IMG/VR virus record: IMGVR_UViG_3300038428_000220
Origin: an uncultured virus (IMG/VR IMGVR_UViG_3300038428_000220)
Lineage: Duplodnaviria > Heunggongvirae > Uroviricota > Caudoviricetes
DNA length: 64,000 nt
Strand: one strand, 5' to 3'
The first letter of the stretch is position 1, and each line of letters starts with the position of its first letter. The notes beneath the pieces were generated by a model. That model saw nothing but the letters and a program-made list of their open reading frames with translations, had not been told where the DNA came from and made no database searches. Shown in pieces: positions 1-9,338 of this stretch. A program made the translations under genes and the position numbers.

Positions 1-396
1 GTTGGCGGACGGCGCGCCGGTGTCGCCATGCCCGTTGGGCTCGTTAGGATGAGGCTCGTGCGCCGACGCAGCCGGCCGGCCCGGGCGATCCGCGCCGGGC
101 AGGGGGATTCCGGCCAGCTGCGCCAGCGTCTCGACGGACTGCATGAACGTGCAGCCGGTACTTTGCATCTCAAATTCGTATATGTCGCCGCCCTTGTCGG
201 ACGAAAAGTCTTTCCATAATTGTTTGGAATCGTTGACGGTAAACGACGGCGTTTTTTCTTTGTTGAAGGGGGAAAGGCATTTCCACTCGGAGCCGGCGCG
301 CTTGAGATCCTTGCAGCGACGCATGACGACTTGCGAAACCGGCAGCCGGTCGCGCAATTCTTGAATGAATGACTCAGGGATTTTGCCCCGCGCCAT
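1..396 (-). CDS. DNA primase-like protein, N-terminal CHC2-type zinc-finger domain; runs off the window start (not in ORF track)
   Basis: Manual translation MARGKIPESFIQELRDRLPVSQVV...EWKCLSPFNKEKTPSFTVNDSKQLWKDFSSDKGGDIYEF matches the DnaG zinc-binding domain in its degenerate alphaproteobacterial form (LSPF..EKTPSF, DFSS). Confidence 0.85.
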   Translation of the reverse strand, partial: MARGKIPESFIQELRDRLPVSQVVMRRCKDLKRAGSEWKCLSPFNKEKTPSFTVNDSKQLWKDFSSDKGGDIYEFEMQSTGCTFMQSVETLAQLAGIPLPGADRPGRPAASAHEPHPNEPNGHGDTGAPSAN

Positions 397-538
397 AGCG
401 TTGCCTCGCTTCGTCTTTTTATTGTGAGTGCAGCCCGACCTGTGGTCCGCTCTGCCGGCGTCTTAGCCGAGGCGTCGCCCTATAACGACGCGCTGGGGCC
501 GCATGGTGACGGCGTACCAGAGGCTGCTGGGGTATTGC

Positions 539-850
539 TTAGTCCGGCTTGTGACGCTGCGGGTGCAGCGCCGCGCGCGCGGCCATTTGTAGAATCTCGT
601 TGGCGTATTCCGGGTCGTCAGCCAGCGCCGCCTGCGCGTAGGCTGTCAGCGCCGCGGCGGCGTATGCGTCCTTAAGTTTTATCACAAAGAATTCATCGTC
701 GTCCCCGACGTTGCCAAATTCGACAAACCCGCCGGTGTTGAGCGCGGTCAGGCGCTCGTTTGTTTCAGCGTCGGCCTTTGGCAGATTGCGCAGCTTGATA
801 AGCGCATACTTGCCACGGCCGTCGGGATTTGTGCTACGATCTAGTTTCAT
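539..850 (-). CDS. hypothetical phage protein
   Basis: ATG at 850 (MKLDRSTNPDGRGKYAL) follows GGAGG; packed in the operon. Confidence 0.65.
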   Translation of the reverse strand: MKLDRSTNPDGRGKYALIKLRNLPKADAETNERLTALNTGGFVEFGNVGDDDEFFVIKLKDAYAAAALTAYAQAALADDPEYANEILQMAARAALHPQRHKPD

Positions 851-854
851 ATTA

Positions 855-1460
855 TCACCTCCTGTCGTTGAACTTGGTCGACTCGTCGCCCCAGCTATCA
901 AACCGGTGATGACGCTCGCGCGCGAACAATTCCACGTAAGGTCCGGCGCAATATCGGCGCACGCGATCAAACAATTCGTCCGGCTTGCGGCTATGCTCGC
1001 GCCGCGGCGTTAGAATCAGTTCGCGCACCGACCTGCTCAACCGCTTGGCATTGCCGCGTCGACCGAGCAAGACGAACTCGGCGTTTTTGCGCGTCGTCAG
1101 CCCCAGGCCGGCATGGAAATCCCCGTCATCCACAAGGCCGCCGCCGTGGGTCTTTTTTAGCTTGACCCAGGTAAACGCGACCGCGCTATAGCGGAAGCCC
1201 CACACTTCAATGACCTGCAGCGCGTGCGGGAGGCATGGCCCGGTCGCCCATAAAAACAGGTGCGCGTCGCGCGCAGCCAACTGACCGACTGGCAACGCAC
1301 AGATATCGTCTAGGCCCATAACGTCGTAATGTTTTTCGGCGTCGCGTCGACTGTGCCAATTAGTCGATCGCAATGCTGTGTACGATTTATAAAGCCATGG
1401 CGGGTCCGCCACGATCGCCCGATACGCGCCGGGCTTTAGCTTGCCAAACGGCCACCCCAT
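855..1460 (-). CDS. MT-A70 family N6-adenine methyltransferase
   Basis: IVADPPW catalytic motif, LFLWAT, WGFRY, HSRKPDE, ELFARE. Confidence 0.92.
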   Translation of the reverse strand: MGWPFGKLKPGAYRAIVADPPWLYKSYTALRSTNWHSRRDAEKHYDVMGLDDICALPVGQLAARDAHLFLWATGPCLPHALQVIEVWGFRYSAVAFTWVKLKKTHGGGLVDDGDFHAGLGLTTRKNAEFVLLGRRGNAKRLSRSVRELILTPRREHSRKPDELFDRVRRYCAGPYVELFARERHHRFDSWGDESTKFNDRR

Positions 1461-1463
1461 GAT

Positions 1464-2054
1464 TCACCTACGCGCTTGGAATAGCGGGCTGTGCAGGTGC
1501 GCAGTCCTGGGGTTGGAGATCGCGCAGCCGTAGGACCAGATCGCGGCCGCGTCGGCCTCGTGGTCGTTGGCCGCGGGGATTTTCAAGATAGCGCACATGC
1601 GTAGCACGGCGTCCTTGGCTTGACTCTTGCCGTCGGCGCCGCGCGCAAAGGTGCGCTGGCCACAAAAATGCTTGCGCGCGTCCTGCACGCTGACGCCCTC
1701 AATGACATGAATCCCCGCCATGGCCGCGCAGGCCTCAAGCACGCCCAGGCTGCCGCGCAGGAAGGCCAACTGGTCCTCGCTGGCGCCGAATCCGCTGCCC
1801 GGCTTGGCGTTGACCTGCGCGGCAATCGGCATTGGCTTTTCGTAAAACACGCGACCCACGGCGTTCTCCTTAAAGTACGAATCCAGATAGGCCCGCAGGT
1901 AAGCCAGGCGGCGCGGTCGACCGTCGCCGGCGTCAGATAACACCCAGGTCCACAATCTTGGGATGCCACCAGCGACGCCGTCGCATACGCCAGTATTGGT
2001 GGCCACGTCGAATGCCGCGATAAGTGGCCGCTCGGCGGCTGTCATTTTGCACAC
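1464..2054 (-). CDS. RuvC-like Holliday junction resolvase
   Basis: AFDVATNTG, FYEKP and NDHEADAAAI acidic motifs. Confidence 0.75.
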   Translation of the reverse strand: MCKMTAAERPLIAAFDVATNTGVCDGVAGGIPRLWTWVLSDAGDGRPRRLAYLRAYLDSYFKENAVGRVFYEKPMPIAAQVNAKPGSGFGASEDQLAFLRGSLGVLEACAAMAGIHVIEGVSVQDARKHFCGQRTFARGADGKSQAKDAVLRMCAILKIPAANDHEADAAAIWSYGCAISNPRTAHLHSPLFQARR

Positions 2055-2467
2055 CTAAAAAGCGGCAACGATTCAACTGGTGCAGTCGTTTTAATTGGCG
2101 ATTTTCCCCAGTCGGCTTTTGCTGCCGCGATTTGTCTTGAGGTACGACGCCGGTGACAATTCGCGCACACCACATCACACTTGGCTATTTCAGCAGCGAT
2201 CTTTTCCAGATTTTTTGCCGACCTGGTGCACATGCCGATATTGAAAGATTTTTGCGACCGGTCCCGGTGGTCGAATTCGAGGACAACCGGGTCGGATTCC
2301 CCACAATCAACACACGGGTTAAGAGACAGATACCCGAATAGAAAAGCCCGCACACGAGCCTTGTAGGCGTCCTTGCCCCTTTTATAGTTGGCGTTGGTAC
2401 GCGCGCGGTTCCGTTTCCGCCACGTACGCATCCACGCGCGTCGCGTCGCTGGGTCCTTATGTGGCAT
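2042..2467 (-). CDS. HNH endonuclease
   Basis: CVDCGE...LEFDHRD...CDVVCANCHRRRT. Confidence 0.88.
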   Translation of the reverse strand: MPHKDPATRRAWMRTWRKRNRARTNANYKRGKDAYKARVRAFLFGYLSLNPCVDCGESDPVVLEFDHRDRSQKSFNIGMCTRSAKNLEKIAAEIAKCDVVCANCHRRRTSRQIAAAKADWGKSPIKTTAPVESLPLFRCAK

Positions 2468-2469
2468 GG

Positions 2470-3015
2470 CTAGTGCGTGGCGTCTTGGCCGCGCCCCAGC
2501 ATGCTGGCGCGCCTGGTCTGATCGTCTTGGTACCCGGCCATGTAACTGCGGTACTGTTCAGTCTCGGGCGCGTGCGGCGGCTTGGCCGGCTTGCCCTCCA
2601 TGGATTGCTTTTTGCCTTCATCGAACGCGCGATCAACCGACGGCGTGCGGTCGGGCTCGTTGAACATTTGCAGCTGGGTGCCCATAGGCGACCCAGCCCA
2701 TGCGGCCGCTTGTAGCGTCGACGCAATCTCGGCGCGCTCCTTGGCCTCGCCCTCGGGTGTGTCGCACGCAATCATGGTCTTGATCTGGTCGACCGTGATG
2801 CCGTCGGTCTCGGCGACCTTGCAGGCGTTTTTGAAATCCGCGTCCGCGCGTTTCTTTTTGGCCAGTGCGCCCTCGTAATTGTGCTTATGCTGCAGCGCCA
2901 GCGCGCGCAGTTCGTCATCGGTCAACTCGGCGCGTTTGCTGTTGTCGCCGATTTTGGCAGCCGCGGCTGCGGCACCGGCGGCGCCTGGAACGTCCGGTTT
3001 TGTGCGTTTGGCCAT
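2470..3015 (-). CDS. putative GapR/DUF2312-like DNA-binding protein with RMF-like C-terminal motif
   Basis: Start MAKRTKPDV after GGAG; GDNS then a helical segment (KKKRADADFKNACKVAETDGI); C-terminal AFDEG...YMAGY. Family call is by resemblance only. Confidence 0.45.
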   Translation of the reverse strand: MAKRTKPDVPGAAGAAAAAAKIGDNSKRAELTDDELRALALQHKHNYEGALAKKKRADADFKNACKVAETDGITVDQIKTMIACDTPEGEAKERAEIASTLQAAAWAGSPMGTQLQMFNEPDRTPSVDRAFDEGKKQSMEGKPAKPPHAPETEQYRSYMAGYQDDQTRRASMLGRGQDATH

Positions 3016-3037
3016 GTCGATCTCCTGGGCGTTGGCG

Positions 3038-3562
3038 TCATCGGAAGGTGCGGTAATTGTTGCGGCGTATGCCCCGCGGGTAGCCGCCGCCGGCGACGCG
3101 CGAATGGAACGCGCAATAAGGCCCGGTCTTGATGTTGTCGGCCGGCCCGCCGCAAAAAAAGAAACTGGGTGAGCCGATATCACCGACCGGCCAGCGGCAG
3201 GTCATGTCGGTCAGCTGATGCAGCGTGCGGCGTTGCTCGACCGGTATCGCCAGGTCGTCCAACGACACTAGCGGCAACGGTTCTGCCGGCAGCGCCCCGT
3301 CGGGTGTCGACACCGGCTGCCGTCGCCGGTATGGGCGCGCCTGCGGCACCGTGGCTGGCGCCAGATGTGCCTTGTGCGGCTTGCTGCCGCCGTTGGCACC
3401 GGTCAAGCCGATTCGGTGCAGTTTGCCGATTACTGCGTTGCGGCTGACGCCACCGCCCAGTTCAGCCGCGATCTGGCTGGCCGACAGCCCGTCAGCCCAC
3501 AGCGACGCCAAAAGAGTCACGCTGTCGTCGGCCCATACAAAGTCGGTCATGCGAACCCCCAT
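3038..3562 (-). CDS. gcrA: GcrA-like cell-cycle regulator
   Basis: LWADGLSASQIAAELGGGVSRNAVIGKLHRIGL and LTDMTCRWPVGD...FFFCG...PYCAFH. Confidence 0.93.
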   Translation of the reverse strand: MGVRMTDFVWADDSVTLLASLWADGLSASQIAAELGGGVSRNAVIGKLHRIGLTGANGGSKPHKAHLAPATVPQARPYRRRQPVSTPDGALPAEPLPLVSLDDLAIPVEQRRTLHQLTDMTCRWPVGDIGSPSFFFCGGPADNIKTGPYCAFHSRVAGGGYPRGIRRNNYRTFR

Positions 3563-3574
3563 GGCGCCCTGCCG

Positions 3575-3844
3575 TTAAGCCGCGCGTCGCCGCGGCGGCG
3601 GCCGATCTACCGCCGGCGGCCAGGCGGCGCCGACCGGCCAAGCCTCTGAAAACTTAAGCATTGCGGCGTCGTAACTGGTCACCAGGAAGGGCGGTGGATT
3701 GCGGCCCAGGATTCGGCCCAGCAGCTTGCCGTCGTTGAAAAACAGGCGCGACACGGTGCTGATAGCGAGTCTGGGCCGGCGGCACGCGCGGTAGGCCGCG
3801 ACCACGGCCCTGATGTTCTGGGTTAGGCGTTGTTGCTCGTTCAT
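3575..3844 (-). CDS. Cro-like small HTH regulator, probably leaderless
   Basis: First gene after the leftward promoter; ISTVSRLFFNDGK HTH-like segment, WP..AAWP tail; ATG 7 nt after the -10 box. Confidence 0.55.
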   Translation of the reverse strand: MNEQQRLTQNIRAVVAAYRACRRPRLAISTVSRLFFNDGKLLGRILGRNPPPFLVTSYDAAMLKFSEAWPVGAAWPPAVDRPPPRRRAA

Positions 3845-3851
3845 GCCCGGC

Positions 3852-3882
3852 ACCATAGTGGCATCGGCCCCACTATGTCAAA
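3852..3882 (-). promoter_or_regulatory. leftward sigma70-type promoter with overlapping inverted repeat
   Basis: Minus strand TTGACA-N18-TATGGT; CATAGTGG/CCACTATG inverted repeat at 3854-3877. Confidence 0.7.
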
Positions 3883-4142
3883 CCGCTGCCCAGCTGCCGT
3901 CCGGCCGCCGCAGGCGAGTCCGGCGGCAGCGACAATGGGTTTACAGCCGTTAGGCGACAATTCTGCCAGCCCCAGTAAGGTGGCGAAGCCACCTTACGAT
4001 AGGCAGTCTAAAGAGCCGCGCGCGCGGTCATATACTGCAATTCATGGGCCAGATTCCTGTCGCCGGGCCAAAGTGACAGCAAAAATATATTTGTCGCTTT
4101 GGCAAGCGACATTGTCACTTGGCCGCCGAACCCCCCAGCGCT

Positions 4143-4151
4143 TGTGGATAA
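4143..4151 (-). promoter_or_regulatory. consensus DnaA box
   Basis: TGTGGATAA = TTATCCACA on the minus strand, in the divergent intergenic region. Confidence 0.45.
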
Positions 4152-4194
4152 CTGCCCGTCGGCGCCTAAAAACCAGCCGGCACCGGCCGGCCGA

Positions 4195-4225
4195 TTTGAC
4201 ACTATGGGGCGAGTCCCACTATGGT
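4195..4225 (+). promoter_or_regulatory. rightward sigma70-type promoter
   Basis: TTGACA(4196)-N18-TATGGT(4220), then GGAGG and ATG at 4249. Confidence 0.7.
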
Positions 4226-4248
4226 GGCCGGCAACATTGGAGGCGTAG

Positions 4249-5514
4249 ATGGCCAAGATTCTTGAACTCAGGGTGGACAATTTCCGCCGCATTAGCGCGG
4301 TCGAGATACGCCCAGACGGCAGCTTGGTCGTAATATCTGGGGCTAACACTGCAGGCAAAACCAGCGTCCTGCACGCAATCTGGGCGGCATTCAAAGGCCG
4401 TGCGGTCGCCGGCCCCACGCCGATTCGCAAGGGCGCCGAGTCGTGCACGATTCGCTGCCAGACCGACGAATTCACCGTGACGCGCAGCTTCAAGCACACC
4501 AAGGACGGTGAACTGACCACCGACCTTAAACTGGTGATGACTGACGGCCGTAAGATCGACCGCAAGCCACAGGCCATGCTGGACGCGCTACTGCCCGATT
4601 TGGCGCTGGACCCGCTGGATTTTATGCGCCGGCCGGTCAAGGACCAGGTCGATACGCTTAAGGGCCTGGTGCGCGGTTTTGACTTCGCCGCCAACACCAA
4701 GGCGCGCGACGAGGCGTTTGCGCTGCGCACGACGGCTAACAGGCGGCGCGACGAATCGCACGCTGCGGCCGAGGCCATCGTGCTGCCCGACGGGCCCGAG
4801 CCAAAGCCGATCGACACCAGCGCGCTGGTCGACGACATGGCAAAGGCTGCCGCGCACAATGCTGATATTGAAAACCGCAAGGCGCGACGCGAGCAGGCGC
4901 AAACGGATATCAACACTAAGCTAGACGAGGCCGAGCAGCTGCGCGCGCGCGCCGCCACGCTTGAGCGCGACGCCAAGGCGCTGCAGACCAAGCTGGACGC
5001 CGCCGAACCGCTGCCGGCGCCGATCGACGTTGCGAAGCTGCGCGCCACAATCGCCACAGCGGAAACCACTAAGGCGATAATCGACAAGTTTACCGCCCGC
5101 CGGCAGTACCTGGCTGACGAGGCAAAGCATATGGCGACGTCCGTTGCGCTCACGCAGGCTATTGCCGACCTGGACGCGGCCAAGCGCGCGGCCGTTGCCG
5201 ACACCGCGCTGCCGGTCGGCGGGCTGGTATTCGACGACGAGCAGATACTGCTGGGCGGCGTGCCGTTTGAGCAGGCCAGCCTGGCGGAAAAGCTGCGCGC
5301 CAGTGTCGGTATCGGCATTGCGCTGTGTCCGCCCAACCCCGAGCCGGCGCTGCGGATTATGACGATTGATGAAGGTTCCGAGCTCGACGACCACAGCCTG
5401 GCGTTGCTGGCCGAACTGGCCGATGTGCACGGCTATCAGGTCTGGGTGGCCCGCGTGCAGCCCGGCGCCGGTTTTGTGATCGAGGACGGCCACCTGGCGG
5501 GGGCGGCGTCATGA
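4249..5514 (+). CDS. AAA/SMC-like (SbcC/RecN-type) ATPase
   Basis: Walker A GANTAGKTS, central coiled coil, signature-like ASLAEK, Walker B IMTIDEG. Confidence 0.85.
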   Translation: MAKILELRVDNFRRISAVEIRPDGSLVVISGANTAGKTSVLHAIWAAFKGRAVAGPTPIRKGAESCTIRCQTDEFTVTRSFKHTKDGELTTDLKLVMTDGRKIDRKPQAMLDALLPDLALDPLDFMRRPVKDQVDTLKGLVRGFDFAANTKARDEAFALRTTANRRRDESHAAAEAIVLPDGPEPKPIDTSALVDDMAKAAAHNADIENRKARREQAQTDINTKLDEAEQLRARAATLERDAKALQTKLDAAEPLPAPIDVAKLRATIATAETTKAIIDKFTARRQYLADEAKHMATSVALTQAIADLDAAKRAAVADTALPVGGLVFDDEQILLGGVPFEQASLAEKLRASVGIGIALCPPNPEPALRIMTIDEGSELDDHSLALLAELADVHGYQVWVARVQPGAGFVIEDGHLAGAAS

Positions 5515-5729
5515 ACATCTGCGTGGCTGGTCTGCTGGCAGCGCTGTCGTGCAATACGCCCGCGCTTGGCTTCCGCGATTTTTACGCCGCATGCTATTAC
5601 GACGGCAGTCAGGGTACGCATTGGGCTGGTCGTAGCACGGAAACAACCGAAGTCGTGTTGAAGCGCCTTGTCGACGCGCAAGCCGACTTTATCGACTACC
5701 GCGTGACGCGTATGGAGATATGCAAATGA
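5511..5729 (+). CDS. hypothetical protein
   Basis: ATGA-coupled to the upstream gene. Confidence 0.5.
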   Translation: MNICVAGLLAALSCNTPALGFRDFYAACYYDGSQGTHWAGRSTETTEVVLKRLVDAQADFIDYRVTRMEICK

Positions 5730-5941
5730 CCGACCGCCGCGCCGTCACCGCCGAGGACATTGTCGCCGTGGCGACCGAAATGGACGTGATACAGGCCGTT
5801 CTCAACGCGGCGCTGACGCCGGGCGGTCTGGCAACCGACCCGTCTTACACGCACCTGACCAACGACACCGTCGACTTGCGTCTGACCAAGCAGCAGATCG
5901 CCTTGCTGCTGACCTGCATCGAAATGGCGGTGATGGCATGA
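5720..5941 (+). CDS. hypothetical protein
   Basis: Overlap-coupled small ORF. Confidence 0.55.
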   Translation: MQMTDRRAVTAEDIVAVATEMDVIQAVLNAALTPGGLATDPSYTHLTNDTVDLRLTKQQIALLLTCIEMAVMA

Positions 5942-6120
5942 CCGCGCCCCTGTTCACCATGCGGCACGCAGCCGTCGCCGTGCTGGCGGCCGTCGTGGTG
6001 CCGGAGTTGCTTCTTTGGGTCCTCGCCACGCTATCGCCCCCAGACCATTACGGGCCAGACCCGCTGGGGCCGCTGCCGGACAAAATCTCACACCTACAAC
6101 TGGACCGCTGGGTGCCATGA
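5938..6120 (+). CDS. small membrane protein
   Basis: One hydrophobic segment; ATGA overlaps at both ends. Confidence 0.55.
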   Translation: MTAPLFTMRHAAVAVLAAVVVPELLLWVLATLSPPDHYGPDPLGPLPDKISHLQLDRWVP

Positions 6121-6452
6121 CGGATTACCTCAACGAATCGGCCGCCGACGTGCAGGCCCGCGCGCTGCAAAGTCTTGAGGACGCACTGACGCGCGCCGGC
6201 CTGTCGGTCGCCGACGAGATTGTCGTGCGCCACGTCATGCGCAAGGCATGGCCGGACTTTTGCGGCGCGCTGCAGGATGCCAGGCGCGACCGGGCCGAGG
6301 TGTACCAGCTGCGCGCGGCCGCGCTGCTTATGCTGGTCAACGTCTTTTGGGAAACCGTGTGCGTGCTGACGCCGCAGGAAAAATGGACGACGCAAGCCGA
6401 GCGCTTCTTGCGCCAGCTGACCAGCGCAATCCGACAGGGGCCGGGGCGATGA
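6117..6452 (+). CDS. hypothetical protein
   Basis: MTDYLNES start in an ATGA overlap. Confidence 0.6.
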   Translation: MTDYLNESAADVQARALQSLEDALTRAGLSVADEIVVRHVMRKAWPDFCGALQDARRDRAEVYQLRAAALLMLVNVFWETVCVLTPQEKWTTQAERFLRQLTSAIRQGPGR

Positions 6453-6762
6453 AATTTGACAACCACAAAATGACCGACGATGAGATTGCCTACACGCGCG
6501 CGCTGTCGCGGCTGCCGTGGGAGGCACGATTCCATAAAACACTGGACAACCCGACGGCGCCGTTGAAGCGGACGAGATTACCCCCGACCAGGTGGTGCCG
6601 GTGATTCTGACCGTGCTGTCCGGCGCAATCGCGTCGGTGGACGACGCCGCCGGGCGCCAGGCGTTAATCGACATGGTGACCGGCAGCCTCGCCGAGGCAG
6701 TCGAGACAAACAGGCAAAGGAGGCCACATGACGACAGCACCAGCAAAACCAGCCGCCACTAA
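6449..6762 (+). pseudogene. hypothetical gene apparently split by a frameshift near 6551
   Basis: MKFDNHKM...HKTLDN continues with protein-like composition only in the -1 frame (DGAVEADEITPDQVVPVILTVLSG...). Confidence 0.4.
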
Positions 6763-7708
6763 ACCCGGAATATATTTCGGGATGACCAACGAGTTTTATC
6801 ATGCAGACCCAGCGCTGGGCAGCACCAACCTGCGCAAGCTGGCGAATAATCCTTCGGATTACTGGTGGGAATCGCCGTACAACCCGCACCGCGAAATCGA
6901 GAAGGTGACGCCGGCGCGCACGCGCGGCAGCGCTATGCACACGCTGGTGCTTGAAGGCGAGGCCGCTTTCGACAAAATATATATGTGCGGGCCACACCAC
7001 ACCAATGACATGGCGCCATCCGAAAAATCTGCCGCGACGAAAGCCGCCAACGCAAAGGCAGCGGCGAGCGGCAAGATTGTGCTGCCGGCTGATGATTACG
7101 ACCGCATTGCCATCGCCAGCACGATGATAACCAAAAACCCTAAGCTCGCCACGGTGTTCCAAGGCGGCATGCCCGAGGTGTCGGTGTTCTGGGCGCGCGA
7201 CGGCGTCATGTACAAGGTGCGCCTAGACTATTTGAAGCCGCGCGGCGTCGGCGACCTCAAGTCGATCACCAACATGCGCGACAAGCCGTTCCCCGACGCT
7301 TGCTATGACGCGATCGCAGGCTATCGCTATGATGTGCAAGCGGCACACTATCTGGACGGCCGCGCGCAACTGCCGCAGCTGCTCGCCGACGGCTGCGTGT
7401 ACGGCGACCACGACGCCGATCTGCTCAAGCGAATCGCGGCCTCGCCCAAATTTGCGTTTCAATGGGTATTTTTCCAGGCCGACAAGGCACCGATGACTTA
7501 CAGCGCCATCATGTCGCCGGCCAACCCCATGGTGCAGCTGGCGCAGGAGGAAATCACCATAGCCACGCAAAACTATCTCCGCTACATGACCGAGTACGGG
7601 CCCGACCAAATTTGGCTGCTCATAGAAGATCCAATGGAAATTGAGCTGGAAAGCATGCCAGGCTGGTTTGGTCGCACGCGCCGCACCGACCGGTCGCGCG
7701 CAGCCTGA
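6728..7708 (+). CDS. RecE/exonuclease VIII-like PD-(D/E)XK nuclease (DUF3799-like)
   Basis: PGIYFGM.NE.YHADPALGST, GSAMHTLVLE, PEVSVFW, KVRLDYL, DLKS, YRYDVQAAHY. Confidence 0.88.
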   Translation: MTTAPAKPAATKPGIYFGMTNEFYHADPALGSTNLRKLANNPSDYWWESPYNPHREIEKVTPARTRGSAMHTLVLEGEAAFDKIYMCGPHHTNDMAPSEKSAATKAANAKAAASGKIVLPADDYDRIAIASTMITKNPKLATVFQGGMPEVSVFWARDGVMYKVRLDYLKPRGVGDLKSITNMRDKPFPDACYDAIAGYRYDVQAAHYLDGRAQLPQLLADGCVYGDHDADLLKRIAASPKFAFQWVFFQADKAPMTYSAIMSPANPMVQLAQEEITIATQNYLRYMTEYGPDQIWLLIEDPMEIELESMPGWFGRTRRTDRSRAA

Positions 7709-7746
7709 CCACCGTCAACTGACCCCAACCCCCAGGAGTCGACACC

Positions 7747-9054
7747 GTGAACACACAACAGCAGAACGACAAGACGCGCAACGGCGAGGTGCTATCGCCC
7801 ACCACCGCGTTGACCGAGCAGACGCTGGCCGTCGACCTGGCCCGCGTGGATATCGACGTGCAGATCGCGACTGCGCATAAGTTCCAGCGCTCAATCGACA
7901 CGTTTATTAAAAAGGTCAAGACCATGGCCTGCTACAACGAGGACGCGGCGGAAAATTGCGTCTATTCGTTGCCGCGCGGCGGCAAGCCGATCCTCGGGCC
8001 CAGCATTGGATTCGCCAATATCGTTGCCCAGGCCTGGGGCAATTGCATCGACGGCAACCGCTGGGTCGCCACAGACCGGCGCGAAAAAGTCGTCGTGTGC
8101 GAGGGCGTGTTCCACGATTTGGAAACCAACCGCAAGGTCGTGGTGTCCGAACAGCGGCGCGTCGTCGACAGCAAGGGCCGGCTGTACAGCGACGACATGA
8201 TTATCGTCACCAGCAAGGCCGCGGGCGCAATCGCGCGCCGCAACGCCATCCTCAACGCGGTGCCGCGCGCGCTGTGGTACCCGATCTGGGAGCAAGCGCT
8301 GCAGATCGTGCGCGGCGATATGACGACATTCGCCGAGCGCAAGGACGTGGCGCTTAAGGCCTTTGCGCAGTTCGGTATCACGCCGGCGCAGATCGTCGCG
8401 TTTATCGGACTCAAGGGCGAGCCCGACCTGACGTTGGAGCATATCCCGACGCTGCGCGGCGCCTATGCGGCGCTGCGCGACGCCACGCTGACGGCCGAGG
8501 AAGTCCTTGACCCGCGGCGCCAGGCCGCCGGGTCGTTTGACCGCGTCGAAAACCCCATGGCGGACGACGACGACACCGTGGTGGACAGCACGGCCAAAAA
8601 TCCCGGCAACGGCAAGCCGGCCGAGCCGCAGCAACCGCAACCCAATCAGCCGCAGCAGCCGACAGACGCGCCCAAAGCGTCTGGCGGTGCCGCTGCCACC
8701 GCCGAGTCCCCCCAAAGCGGTCAAGCGCAGCCGGCAGCTGCGGCTGATCCTGCAACGACCAAGCCCAAGCGCACCCGCAAGCCAGCGGCCGCGGCAACCG
8801 AGCCGCAGTCGCCACCTGCCGCGCAGCTTGGCGACACGCCCAAGCAAGCCGCCCCGGCGGCCCCGACCAACGCCGAGCAGTACAAGGCGCACGCGCTGAC
8901 GTGGATTGCCGCGGCGACCAGCCAGTCAGGCCTTATCGACTCCTGGCGCAGCGAGCGCGACCTGCGCACCCGCTGCAGCGTCGTCGAGGATGTGTTCGAC
9001 GAAATACGCAAGGCCTATGACGCCAAGCTGGCGTCGCTCAAGCCGGCGCCCTGA
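7747..9054 (+). CDS. putative single-strand annealing/recombination protein
   Basis: Directly after the RecE-like nuclease; globular N-half (YSLPRGGKPILGPSIGFA, RNAILNAVP), Pro/Ala/Gln linker, short helical C-domain. Confidence 0.55.
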   Translation: MNTQQQNDKTRNGEVLSPTTALTEQTLAVDLARVDIDVQIATAHKFQRSIDTFIKKVKTMACYNEDAAENCVYSLPRGGKPILGPSIGFANIVAQAWGNCIDGNRWVATDRREKVVVCEGVFHDLETNRKVVVSEQRRVVDSKGRLYSDDMIIVTSKAAGAIARRNAILNAVPRALWYPIWEQALQIVRGDMTTFAERKDVALKAFAQFGITPAQIVAFIGLKGEPDLTLEHIPTLRGAYAALRDATLTAEEVLDPRRQAAGSFDRVENPMADDDDTVVDSTAKNPGNGKPAEPQQPQPNQPQQPTDAPKASGGAAATAESPQSGQAQPAAAADPATTKPKRTRKPAAAATEPQSPPAAQLGDTPKQAAPAAPTNAEQYKAHALTWIAAATSQSGLIDSWRSERDLRTRCSVVEDVFDEIRKAYDAKLASLKPAP

Positions 9055-9056
9055 CC

Positions 9057-9248
9057 ATGGCGCACGCATCATGCGAAACGTGTCGGTGGTGGGATTCCTC
9101 GGTCGTAAAATCTGACGCCCAGCCGGAAACCACCGGGCTGTGCCGCATCAATCCGCCGGTTGCCGACGAGCGGACTGGCAGCGGGATTTGGCCGTTCACC
9201 GACACCGACGACTGGTGCCGGCGGCACAGCAGACAGCGAGGGGCCTGA
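9057..9248 (+). CDS. small Cys-rich protein
   Basis: CETCRWW...GLCRINPP...WP...DWC. Confidence 0.65.
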   Translation: MAHASCETCRWWDSSVVKSDAQPETTGLCRINPPVADERTGSGIWPFTDTDDWCRRHSRQRGA

Positions 9249-9338
9249 CTATGATCCATGCTTATCCGGTTGACACCCACAGCCACCTGTGCTAGATAAT
9301 GCGGGTAGGCCGATCCCCGGCCTTTAGGAGAGCTAATC

